A DNA stretch of 64,000 nucleotides from Vicugna vicugna (Eukaryota), in contig MU058793.1 in the NCBI GenBank assembly GCA_013265495.1, positions 672,060 through 736,059 of the forward strand. The letters are read 5' to 3'. The notes under the pieces were generated by a model. The model did not search any database. It saw only the letters and a list, made by a program, of their open reading frames with translations, and had not been told where the DNA came from. Below, in pieces: positions 11,942 to 23,639 of this stretch (positions are counted from its first letter, which is position 1; the number at the start of each line of letters is the position of its first letter). Position numbers and translations under genes: made by a program.

Positions 11942-13021
11942 TATGGTTGGCGGAATTCTAAGATGACCTTGCGGTGTGAAAAAGAATTTGTCTGTCTTTG
12001 TGCCTGGTTCCTGGCATAGACCTCCCAAAACCCCTGGGATTTCATGAGTGAGAAGAAGGTCTCTGTTATGCTAATGAGGTAAATCATGGTGGGCCCTAGA
12101 AAGTCACCAGAAAGACCAACCATGTGATTGGAGGGTTGGAACTTGGAGCCAGCCTGGAACTTTGCATCTCCATGGGAGAGAAGGAGACTGGAGATAGAGA
12201 TCAATCATATGGCTGGTGATTCAATCAAGCATGACTACCTAACAGGACCCTCAATAAAATCTCTGGCCACCAAGGCTCAGTGGAGCATCCTGGTTGGTGA
12301 ATACATGGGTGGGCTGGAAGGGTGACCCACCTTGGCTCCATAGGGAGAGGGCATGGAAGCTCTGTGCTCCCTCCCATACCTTGCCCTGTGTGTATCCTTT
12401 CTAATAAAAGTGTAATCAAAAATATTGCTTTATGAGTGCTATAAATCATCCTAGAGAATTATCAACCCCTGAACTCATAACTAGCTGGTCAAAGGGTGGG
12501 TGGCCTGGGATCCCACTTGCAGCTGGCATCTGAAGTACAGTCAGTCTTACAGAGAACTTTGTCCTTAATTGATGGAGATTATCCTCAAGGTGTCTGATCC
12601 CATGAAGTGAGCCCTTAAAAGGAGTGGTACTTTCCCTAGCAAGAGAGTTAGAAGCATCAGAGAGATTCAGCAAGAGGGATATTCACCATTGCTAGCTTTG
12701 AAGATGGAAGGCCATGTGGCAAAAAACGCAGCCACCTCTAGGAGAGCAGCTCCAACTGACAGCCAGCAAAAGAAATGAGGACCTCAGTCCTACAACCACC
12801 AGGAACTGAGTTCTGTCACAATCATGTGAGCTTGGAAGAGGACCATGAGCTCAAGTGAGAGCCTGGCTGACACTTGGGTTGCAGGCCTGTGAAACTCTGA
12901 GCTGACAACCCAGCAACACCATTCCCAGACACTGGCCTACAGAACTGTGAACTAATCAATAGGTTTTACTTTAAGTCACTAACTTTGAGGTAATTTGCTA
13001 CACAGAAACAGAAAACTAATT
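11942..13021 (+). mobile_element. MLT1D/E-like MaLR LTR interrupted by MER21
   Basis: 5' tatggttggcggaattctaagatgacc; body resumes near 12572 (ggagattatcc...gctttgaagatgga...gacctcagtcctacaacc); ends taatttgctacacagaaacagaaaactaat. Confidence 0.85.
11972..12570 (+). mobile_element. MER21(C)-like ERV LTR nested in MLT1
   Basis: ttcctggcatagacctcccaaaacccctggg...tgttatgctaatgagg...gggcatggaagctctg...gcagctggcatctgaagt. Confidence 0.85.
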
Positions 13022-13628
13022 AAAGAGGGCCTTGTGATGAATATTCCAGGCATTGTCATTGTCATTCTGGACAGCCACATTGTTTTGTCTGTCTAGTTTC
13101 TCTGATTAGCTGCGGATGTTCGGGTTACCACCTGCATCATGATTACCAATGGAGCAGCCATTTTGGAAGTGTGACCTGCACATGGGACACAACTGATTGG
13201 TCCCAGGAGTGAGACTTAGACGGACCAATTACAGCCATTCTCTGGAATTTCCAGACTTAAGACACAGAGGGTGGCTGAAACTATAGGATGCACATCTCAA
13301 TATCAGTGGTGGGTATGTTTTCTCTTGCCATAAGAGAAAAAGATTGAACTCAGCATACAGAGAGAAACAGAGACAAGAAATATTGGGGCTGACTGACAGC
13401 AAAAGCAAAGGTAACAAAAGCAAAAATAAACAAGAGGGACTACATCAAACTAAAAAGCTTCTGCACAGCAAAGGAATCCATCAACAAACTATAAAGACAA
13501 CCTACTGCATGAGAGAAAATATTTGCAAATCATTTATCTGATAAGGGGATAATATCCAAAATATATAAATAACTCATGAAACCTAATAGCAAAATAACAA
13601 ACAACTGGATTTAAAAATGGGCAGAGGA

Positions 13629-14303
13629 ACTATGGGAAACAGTATGATGATTCCTTAAAAAACTATGAATAGACTCTCCGTATAATCCAGCAGTCTTACT
13701 CTTGGGCATGTATCCAGAGAAAACTCTAATTCAAAAAGATACATGCACCCCAGTGTTCATAGCAGCACTATTTACAGTAGTCAAGACATGGAAACAACCT
13801 AAATGTCCATTGACAGATGACTGAATAAAGAAGTTATGGCGTGTATATATAACTTGCAGCAACATGGATAAACCTAGATAGAGATTATCATACTAAGTGA
13901 AGTAAGTCAGACAGAGAAAGACAAATAACATATGATATCACTTATATGTGGAATCTAAAAAAAGATACAAATGAACTTATTTACAAAACAGAAACAGACT
14001 CACAGACATAGAAAACAAACTTGTTTACCAACAGGGAAAAGGGGGAGACGGATAAATTAGGAGTTTGGGATTCGCAGACACAAACTACTATACACAGAAT
14101 AAATAAACGATAAGGTCCTGCTGTACAGCACAGGAAAATATAGTCAATAGCTTGTAACAACCTATAATGAAAAAGAATATGAAAAAAATACATATGTATA
14201 ACTGAATCACTATGCTGTACACCAGAAACTAACACAACATTTTAACTCAGCTATACTTCAAAATTAATTAATTAATTAATTCAGCTTATTTCATCTAGGG
14301 GAA
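13629..14303 (+). mobile_element. Nested younger L1 3' fragment
   Basis: Second copy of the ORF2 end and 3' UTR; TSD aaaaatgggcagagga (13613-13628) / aaaagtggacagagga (14304-14319), 14/16 identical. Confidence 0.9.
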
Positions 14304-14773
14304 AAAAGTGGACAGAGGATCTGAACAGACATTTTTCTAAAGAAGACAAAGAGATGGCCAACGTGTACATGAAAAGATGATCAACATCATTAATCATCAG
14401 GGAAATGAAATCAAAACCACAATAAGATATCACCTGACCCCTGTCAGAATGGCTATTATCAAAAAGACAAGAACGAACACGTGTTGGTGAGGATGTGAAG
14501 AAAAGTGAACCCTCATGTGCTGTTGGTGGGATGTAAATTGGTGCAATGACTATGGAAAACAATATGGAGGTTCTTCAAAAAAGTTAAAAATAGAACTACC
14601 ATACGATCCAGCAATTTCACTTCTAGGTATTTATCCAAAGAAAATAAAAACACTAACCCAAAAAGGTATATGCATTCCGGTGTTTACTGCAGCAGCATTT
14701 ACAATAGCCATGATATGGAAATAACCTAAGTGTTCATCAATGGATGAATGGATAAAGAAGATGTGAGATAGGT

Positions 14774-14798
14774 GTATATATATATGTATATGTATATT

Positions 14799-14831
<33 letters not shown>
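14774..14831. repeat. (TA)n/(TG)n microsatellite inside L1
   Basis: Direct reading. Confidence 0.9.
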
Positions 14832-15278
14832 TTGGATACCATTCATTTATAAAAAAGAATGGCATTCTGCCATTTGTGAAAACATAGGTGAACCTTGAGG
14901 GCATATGCTAAGTGAACAAGTCAGACGGAGAAAGGCAAATACCACATGGTCTCATTTATATGTGGAATCTGAAACAGAACAAAACAAGCTGACAGACACA
15001 GAGAACAGATTGGGGATTGCCAGAGGTGAAAGGAGCAAAAAGGGTGGAGGGAGTCAAAAGGTACAAACTTCCAGTTAAAAAGTAAGTAAATTAAGTCTTC
15101 TGGATGTTATGTAGAGCATGGCAACTATAGTTAATAATACTGTATTATATATTTGAAAGTTGCTAAGAGAGCAAATCTTGAAAGTTCTCATCACACGACA
15201 AAAAAAAAAAAAAGTTCTGTACCTATGCATGATCATGGATGTTAACTAGACCTATTGTGGTGACAAGTTCAAAGTATA

Positions 15279-15610
15279 TAGTCATCCCTGCATATCCATG
15301 GAACATGGGTTCCAGGACCATCCTCAGATACCAAATCCATGGATGCTTAAATCCCTTAGTATTTGTATATAATCTACACACATCCTCCCATATACTTCAA
15401 ATCATTTTTGGATTACTTATAATACCTAATACAATGTAAATGCTATGTAAATAGTTGTAAATACAATGTAAATGCTATGTAAATAGTTGATGGCATATAG
15501 CAAATTCAAATTGTGCATTGGGGAACTTTCTGAATTTTTTTTCTGAATATTTTCATCTGTGGTTTGTTGAATCCAAGGATGTGGAACCCATGGATATGGA
15601 GGGCTGACTG
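15279..15610. mobile_element. MER2/Tigger2-like TcMar non-autonomous DNA transposon nested in the L1 3' UTR
   Basis: TIRs tagtcatccctgcatatccatgg / ccatggatatggagggctgactg; TA on both flanks. Confidence 0.9.
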
Positions 15611-17704
15611 TATACAAATATCAAATCATTATGTTGTACACCTGAATCTGATATATTGCTGTATGTCAATTACACCTCAATTTTAAAAGAAAAAGAAAGA
15701 AAGAAATATTGTGCCTGTATTCGAGCCCCTGATTTCAGTTGTTTCTTAGGCCCAAACACAACTTGTCTTTAGGTTCTGAGAGACATGTAAGTATCTTTTA
15801 CAAGAAATTCCCTTTTTGCTTAAGCCAAATCAAGTTGGGTTCTACCTATTTTAATAAAAAAAGTCTTAACTAATACAATAATGTTAGTAAAAATTCAGAG
15901 TGTCCTGATTTCTGCTATGCCAAGCCTGAATTCTGCATATTCTAAGACAACGTCTCTCCTCCAGAGAGTATTTTCATGGTTACTTCACAGATAGGGTGCT
16001 GGATTCCCCAGACACGGACATCAACAAGGCCTTTATTTTTGTCTCTTCTATGTTTCCACAGGATGCCAAAATCATTGATCCCTTTGATCAATTCAGCAAA
16101 CAACCTGTTAATTAAAACTTAAACATTTAGCCAAAGTTGATTCATCAAACAGGCCTTGTAGATAAGTTTCAAAACCATGTTGTTGAAACAAAGATTTTCC
16201 TGAGTTACGACACATCCAAGACTTTACAGGACAGAAGTGGAGGGACCTCTGCATTCTGGGGGCTGACGCGCCTCTCTGTTTCCCTCGTTAGTTCAAAGCA
16301 CTGAAGGCACATCTCCTGGACTCTCTCCAGTTAGTAAGGGTGTCAGCCAACACCTCCCCTTCATCTGAGATCACATCTACTAAAACACAGGAGAAGTTCA
16401 AGACAATTTTAAAGTGTCAAAGAAAACACTGGGTGTTTGGAGGAACCTTGGCATTTCATGCCTCCTACCCATTTTTCACATGAAAATCAAGTGGAAGTGT
16501 AACAATAATGAAATGATGATTATAATAGTTTTCCTGTTGCAAATGACTGAAAAAACAAAACTCAAATTGCCTTCAGTGAAAGGAAAACAAAAAGGAGCTC
16601 AAGTAACTGGAAATCTGAGAGGTTCTGCTGCATGAAGGCAAGGACCCCCTGACACCCCCACCCACCCACCCTCCCACCCATGCCCTCCACAACTCCAGTG
16701 GTAGCTTCAAGATGTGGTTCCTCTCTCTCTCCCTCTGGGATCTGCTTTTCTCTTACTCAGACACTCTTCACGTGGTGATTCCAAACAGGCCCAGCTGAGC
16801 ATCCTCAGACCTCAGAACCTGGCAGAGAGAAAGTTCTCTTTTTCTCCAAGTGTTCAACCAAAGCACACAACACCTCAAATACCAGTGGGATGATTTTGGG
16901 TCATCCCAAATCATTGTCAGGGATGGGGACTGGACTGAGGAGATCAGGGTGGTGCCCCTCCCCCAAAACATTAGAGTTGTTACTGAAAGCAGGAGTGACA
17001 TCTTGGCCAGCAAAACCATCAGGTGTCACTTCCATAGCCTTGCCCAGTCCCAGGCTCCATGGTACCTCTTCTTCATCCCTGGAGCCATTCAACCTACATC
17101 TTTGAGCTCAACTGGCCACAAGCCTGACTTCAGGTTGGGGGTTACTTAAGAAGCTTCACACTGTCATCCTGAAACTCTACCTCAAGTCACTTTTGCTGCT
17201 TTTCTAGCTCTAACCCCAGTTTATATCCCAAGATCCTTTTCTTGTCCCCTCAGCCCTCTTGTCTTGGCCAGCTGCCTGGGGTATCTCCATTCACTCTAGA
17301 CATGGAATGACCCTGCCTTGCTTTTGTTAATATTGTCCCAGAGACTGGCTTGGAACCCCAGTCCCATTTGGGCCATATCAGGACAGACTTCCATGAGGTG
17401 AACATGGATGCTAGTGTATTATGTATTTCCGAATTCTCCACTATCATGTACCATTTGCCTGTTGGGGCTCCTCCCATCTCTTGTTATTTCCTGCTGAATC
17501 CTCCAAGTCTATTCAATCCAGAGTATCACCTGTCCTCCATAGGCTAAAGTCTGCTTGCTGGGCAGGACTCTGCTTTGGAGATCAACCTATGATTGCCAAG
17601 GGTGAATTCTGCCAAAGAAAAACCAAGAGCAACTGCCATCTGCTGTCACCATTATTCTATAATATAAAGGTCATTTTACTATGAAAAAAAGGAGAAAGAA
17701 GTTA

Positions 17705-17960
17705 CTGGGGCAGGGAGAGATAAATTAGGACTTTGGGATTAATAGATATTATTATACACAAAATTGATAAACAACAAGGACCTACTGTATAGCACAGGGA
17801 ACTATATTCAATTTCTTGTTATGAGCTGTAATGGAAAAGAATATGAAAATATATATATGTATATATGTATAAGTATAACTGAACCACTTTGCTGTACACC
17901 TGAAACTAACATTGTAAATCAACCACACTTCAATAAAAAAAGAATTAAAAAAAAAGAAAA
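17705..17960 (+). mobile_element. L1 3' UTR fragment with A-tail
   Basis: gataaacaacaaggacctactgtatagcacagggaactatattcaa...tgctgtacacctgaaactaac. Confidence 0.9.
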
Positions 17961-18119
17961 TATCCCCAAATAATCCCTGTTTTAGAAGCTTGTTTCTTTT
18001 GCTTTATTAGAAAAATTCATTGTTTGTCCTTTTTTCTGTTTTGCTGCAGCCTGGTGAAAACTTCATCAGAGTTCACCACAAGTTTCAAATTTGCACACCT
18101 GCAGCAGCGCTCCCTGCCC

Positions 18120-18250
18120 TGACTTTACCAGTATTTGCTGCAATGACTTAACTTTCTGAGCCTGAGTATCTCCATCTGACAAATGGGCACAATGAAACCA
18201 GCTCTACTTCCCAGGGTCATTATGAATGTGAAGTGAAAAAGTGGATGTAG
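18120..18250 (+). mobile_element. MIR SINE
   Basis: tgacttaactttctgagcctgagtatctccatctgacaaatggg. Confidence 0.75.
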
Positions 18251-20773
18251 TGGATCCCCATCACCATCTTTTTAAATCCTGTATGTTCCATTCAGAATCA
18301 AGGCTGCAACTACAATCTCCCAACTTGCTCTCTAACTCTCCAGCCTTGACTGGTTTAATTTAGACACTGAATATTAGTTTAACAAAGTGCTTTCATGTTT
18401 ATTATATTGGATTAGCAAATTATAAGCTATCATATGAGGCTTTCGAGAACACCCAGACAAACAGCCTGCACACAGGGAACCCTCATATAGTCACCATATG
18501 GGCTTCATTTATTAAAGCTTTGGACCCCGAGCTTGGGGAGAGCCAACCTCTTTAAAGACAGACTCCTGAGAATTGGTTGCTAGGAAGCTACAAAAGCTAG
18601 TGTTTTTAATGAGATTTAAAGTATCATAAATTATATATTATTTTCTGCACTTAGGACATTCATAGCTCTTTGGTTTATTTTGTATTTCATTTTGCATTGG
18701 TGACATATAATCCTTTACATACAAAAACGCCTTGCATAAGAATTCCCTCAGATATCAGAGCAAAATTACATTTCAAAATAATTTTTTTTCTCCCTAAAAT
18801 AAAAGTTCACATTTCTTTGTCTCCTCCTGTGGGTCCAAGGAAGGCAATTGCTAAGAATTTATTTTCTTCAGCTTAAAAAAAAATTAATCCCAGCCTTTAC
18901 CAATAATAATTACTCAAGTAAATACTGTGAGTTGAGTCTGGAGCTGCTGTTAATAAGAATTCTCATAATTCCATTCTCTGATGAGAGTTAATGTGGGTTC
19001 TGCGGGTTTAATTCCACAGATAATTACAGAGGCAGTATTTAAAGAGCCTGTTTAGTGGGTACCCTTCCTCAGCTCCCTTTAATTTTCAACATTAAATAAA
19101 GAGGCAGCCATTCCACAAAAGAAATTCAAAAACTATTTGGTTTTAACTGCCCATCTTTAAGGAAGGGAGTCATTATGCAAATATGGTGTCCAGAACTGGT
19201 TGATGGAGGCTGGCTGTGTCTAATCTGCGTAATAAAAGACAGTCCCTGGTCAGTTGCAAAGGTCTGAGGGCATATTTCTACCTGGAGTGAACACTGACAG
19301 GACAAATTAAGAGTGGTTTTTGATTAAGAAACTGTTTCGATCAAGGAACCTTTGTGAAATGAGATTTTAACATCTTTGGAAAGCAATGGTGCCTGAGAAA
19401 CACATATTTTCTTTTTTGCTTCCCTTTTGTAAATTTTCTTCTCCACCATGAGCTTCTCACCTGGTGGCCCTAAATTGTGTCCTGGAGTCATGAAGCAGCT
19501 TTCAGGATCATCTCTGTGATTTAATTTAGCAGGCTCTATTTTTCACTTTTAATAAAAATCAAGGGCTCTATCAAGGTGCAATTAATTACAGCAAAAGTTT
19601 TAGGAGCAGGTGTAAGTTGAGACGTGGGGATGTCTGGGAGCCAACAATGTATGTGGCCATTGACAACTGGATGCAGGACTCTGGGGTGCAGGCCTTCTTG
19701 AAAAGTTGAAAGTCAACTTTGTCTTGCCTTCACATTATGCCCCATAATCTTCCCCCCACTTCCAGAGCACTTCCCAGAGCAGGAGCATTTGACAGATCCC
19801 CATTTTTGATTGCTTGATGTCTGGACTCAGTTGACCCTTCACTGGCTTGTAGCTGACCAATCAGAAATGTGAGCTTCACTCAGCATCCCCCTCCCCTGTT
19901 CCTTCTGCTCCCCTCTATACCAAAATACCCTTTTCCGATTGCATTCAAGTGCAACTGTTCATAGACTGATCAACTTACGAACTATGTTCTTTAGCTATAA
20001 TTTCAAGAAAACCATAGGATGACATGGAAGTCTGGAAAAAGTAGCACAATGGAAAAAATAAGAACTTGACAGATGAAAAGAGCACTGGAAATAGGAGGGG
20101 AGGGGGAAGGTCTGAAAGGATATATACAAACCAGAATCATTAGAGTGGTTCTATGTAAGTTTTGAAGGTTGATTTATATTTTCTTTTTTTGGTGTACTTG
20201 TGTTTTCTACATTTTCTACAATGATCATGCATAACAAGTATTTTAAATACTGGAGGTTTTTAAGCATATACTGATTGCTGTGTTAATAAGGCCAAGTGAA
20301 GCCACCCGTGTGTGTCTGGCTACGTGAGCTTGGACCCTCTTGGACTTCAGGGTCCTAATGTGTAAATGAAGAAGCTGATTCTAAGGTCTCTCCCAGGGCT
20401 CACAGGTTGCGTCATTTATGAAGAACCATTTCATTCTAAGGATAAAATCAAAATTAAGAAGCAGAAAGATAAAGAGGCAAAATAAATCTTATTCCTACAA
20501 CTCAGCAATACCAAAGCTATAAGAGTGCTTGGAGATCTTCCAAAATGTCCTTGGGTAAGAATTATTTGAAAAGAAATATTCCACTAAGGAGAAAAATAGT
20601 TGAGAGCCTCTGATCTATTTTAATGCCTTACATAAGAAATAAGTGGCTCAAGGGTGACATGCTGGGAGCGGGCAGAGGTAGGAGCAGAACACTGATGTTT
20701 TAGATCCGTCTAGAGCTTCTACCAAATTATGTGCTATCTTTAATTTGTGATGTTTCCCTATCTGAGCCCAAAA

Positions 20774-20905
20774 TAGGGTAACTGTTCACTGCAATTTGCC
20801 TGGGATGGTCCAGGTTTATGGCTGTTGTCCCAGTGCAATTATTAATAGCAACCCTTTGGTTCTCAAAAGTACCCTGAATTAGACAATAACTTGTATGGTC
20901 ATGTC
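20774..20905. mobile_element. MER94-like hAT-Blackjack MITE
   Basis: tagggtaac...tttgcctgggatggtccaggtttatggctgttgtcccagtgcaattattaatagc...tatggtca. Confidence 0.75.
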
Positions 20906-21569
20906 ACTCACCCCTCAGCCCTCTCTCAGCCTGACAATGTTTCACCTGCGACACAGCTTGACCTGGGCTTCCTCCCCGACATCTATCTTCATCAGAAAGA
21001 GGACTGGCCTGAGTATCTCAGAGTCCATCTTCATTCATGGGTCAACTTACAGTCTGGATGACAAGAGATCCCTGGGAGTTATAGACTGGGGGTTGGCCTC
21101 CTAGCTCAGTTCCCAGACTCTTCAACGAAGCAGGAAACACCGTGCAGAGGAACGGCAGACCTGCTTTGTTGGAGACCATCATACCCACGTGGTGCAATAG
21201 CCTCTCTCTTTCTGAAAGGAAGGATGTTGAATGTAAAATGGCCCGTATCCCCACTAGGTGGTCTTGCCCAATGAGCCTTTTTCATTCACTTAGTTGACAG
21301 TGAATATGTGTCAGGTTCCATGCTAGTTCTTGGGGAGAAATGAGTCATGGTCTGTGTTCCCGAAGAGTTCACAGTCTAGTTAGGGGCAAAGGGAGAGGAG
21401 GCAGGTTTTACATATCACTGACTCACCTTACCATTCTTAACCTCCTCCAGACAGTGTGCCATATAGCAGGCATTCAAAAAGAATTGTTGAATGCATGTAT
21501 GCCTGATTCTGTAATTGCACTGTGCCTCTGTTTCTCATCTCCCAAGGGACAGAACCATATTATGACAGC

Positions 21570-21830
21570 ATGGTAGACTCGGAGAGACAGTAACCTGTGA
21601 CAATTAAGAGTCTGGGTCTGCAGGCGGGGCTCCTGGGTTTGAATCATGGCTTTTTCCACCTATTAGTTGCACTATTTTGGGCAATTTACTTTACCTCTCT
21701 GTGCCTCAGTTTCCCATTCTGAGAATGAAGGTAAAATAGTAGCCACTTCATAGGGCTGTTAAGATTTAGTTAATGCATGCTAAGTACCTGAAACAGTGCC
21801 TAGTGATGGAGTTGTGCTTATAAATGTTTA
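21570..21830 (+). mobile_element. MIR SINE, near full length
   Basis: ctgggtttgaatcatggc...ttgggcaatttactttacctctctgtgcctcagtttcc...aacagtgcct. Confidence 0.9.
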
Positions 21831-21834
21831 ACAA

Positions 21835-22000
21835 TCAGCCTTCTGGTAGTAAAAAATGGAACAAAACAAAACACCAATTTGTCCCATTTGCTGATTTCAA
21901 TGGTGTAAATGCTCCCACCACCAATGCCTACCACTGTGAAATCACTGAACGCAGAGATGGGAAGAGATGCATCCAGTCTGTTCCATGAGCCAGCTCTCCA
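21835..22000 (-). mobile_element. MER63-like hAT element
   Basis: catttgctgatttcaatggtgtaaatgctcccacca...tcactgaacgcagagatgggaagagatgc. Confidence 0.7.
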
Positions 22001-22264
22001 TTGATTTGTACCTAATGAGATAATGTATGTGAAAGCATTTCCTAAACGTTATACATGTAAGTTTGCTCTGTTAATCCTTTTTCTGTGTGTGGTCCCTATT
22101 GTGTTTAACAGAATAGTAAAGACATGGGATCAACTTCCATGTAATTATCTGGACAACCCAACTACTCTCATCACGTCTGGCTGAGCACCGAGGAACGACG
22201 GCGGTCCCCTTCGCAGCACTGTCCGCTGCGCACGAAGCTGTGATGTTTCTTTAGAATGATGCCA

Positions 22265-22520
22265 TGATAATAACGGCCACCATTTTAAACGACTTACTGT
22301 AGTCTAAGAGCTGTATCAGTTGCCTTGACCACATCATGCCATTTTATCCTCACAACAAATTTGAAAAACCAGAAGTACAACCCCCAGCTTACAGAGGAGG
22401 AAAAACAGAGGCTCAGAGAGGTAAAAACATACTCTTACTCCACCACCACTAAGTGACAAAGTCAGGATTTAACCCTGGTCTGTGTGATGCCCAAACTCAC
22501 ACCCTAAACCACTGCACTTC
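22265..22520 (-). mobile_element. MIR SINE
   Basis: ttacagaggaggaaaaacagaggctcagagaggt...gtcaggatttaaccctggtctgtgtga. Confidence 0.85.
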
Positions 22521-22584
22521 AACTGCCATGACTCCTTTTAAGTCCTAAGGTCATTTTAATTTTGACTATTGGTGCCAGTAGGCA

Positions 22585-22830
22585 ACATATCATAGTCGCT
22601 AAGAGGATAAACTCTAGAGCCAGATCAGATTTAAATACTACTCTGCTATTTATCAGCCATGTAACTGCAGGCAAGTTACTTAACTTCTCTGTGCCTCAGT
22701 TTCTTCATCTACAAAATGGGGATAATGATTGTGTCTGCTTCAAAGGGTTGTTATGAGGATTAAATGAGCTACTATGTATGAAATATTTATAACAATGTCT
22801 GACACTTAATAGGTTCTATGTAACTGTTTA
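22585..22830 (+). mobile_element. MIR SINE, near full length
   Basis: ggcaagttacttaacttctctgtgcctcagtttcttcatctacaaaatggggataat. Confidence 0.9.
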
Positions 22831-23639
22831 GTAAATGGAAATAAAGTTCCTTTAGATGAGGTGAGTTTCCCTGGATTTCAAGACAGAGGTAGTGTGAAAC
22901 CAACTCTTAGATATAATAGCTGGTTCACTTCATTCACTTTCCAGAAAAGATCCAGGCGGATAAAACCAAACAATATCAGGACCAAATATAGGCCAACACT
23001 AGACTTAGGTTTCCTTGTACATGTGTACTCTGCACACTGTGTTTCCAGTTAAACAGCCTCTATAAAAAAAACACAATCATAACAGGTAAAGCACAGCTTA
23101 CATCTTTCTAAGCAGGTTCTTCAAAAGTGGCTATTAGTGCCCCTTAGAGGACACATGATGGAAAGAAAACAAGGTATATGGTGATAAACTCATGACTTAA
23201 GCAGACTCAATTGTGGGTAACACAATTCCTCTCAGCTAACTAACCCCAAATAAGGCCCCACAGGCATGGCTCTCACATCCCTTCAAATAATAAGTAAACA
23301 CTCCTGTTGAAAGGCAAAAGCTTTTGAAAATATAGACCAGGTGACACTGCTGTATCCACCAAATGGATGGCTCTCAAAAAGGCACCCAGAGGGCTTCTCA
23401 CTGTCTTTTCCTTTCCTTTCCAAAGGCATTTAGTTATAGGCGGTGGCAGCAATCCATGTTGGGTGACCCAAACACACCTCCCAATAACTATTTGTGTATA
23501 GTTTTGACAGCACCCCTTAAAACCCTTACCCACATATGTACTCATTTTGTCCATCAGTCCCAACAGGGCACTTTCCCTGTTCTCCAGTAAAGTCTGTATC
23601 TTGAGGGATTACCTCTTCCGTATAGAAAGTTACAATAAG

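Larger units (their letters stand above)
13386..15700 (+). mobile_element. Older 5'-truncated LINE-1 (L1MA-type 3' end) hosting two nested elements
   Basis: ORF2 remnants (KIELPYDPAISLLGIYPK, 14515..14724); L1MA-type 3' UTR; A-rich tail; perfect 11-bp TSD aagaaatattg at 13375-13385 and 15701-15711. Confidence 0.9.
13030..15875 (+). mobile_element. MLT1J-like LTR split into 13030-13385 and 15701-15875 by an L1 insertion
   Basis: ctgattggtcccagg...ccaattacagccattctctgg; 3' end aaattccctttttgcttaagcc...gtcttaactaataca. Confidence 0.65.

Noticed and set aside
15428..15489. About 31-bp tandem duplication (aatacaatgtaaatgctatgtaaatagttg)
   Set aside because: Internal to the MER2/Tigger element and, as I recall, part of that subfamily consensus; not CRISPR-like
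22855..22866. Perfect donor AG|GTGAGT (similar ones near 10238, 27645 and 51796)
   Set aside because: No convincing paired acceptor or open exon; isolated donors are expected by chance in 64 kb
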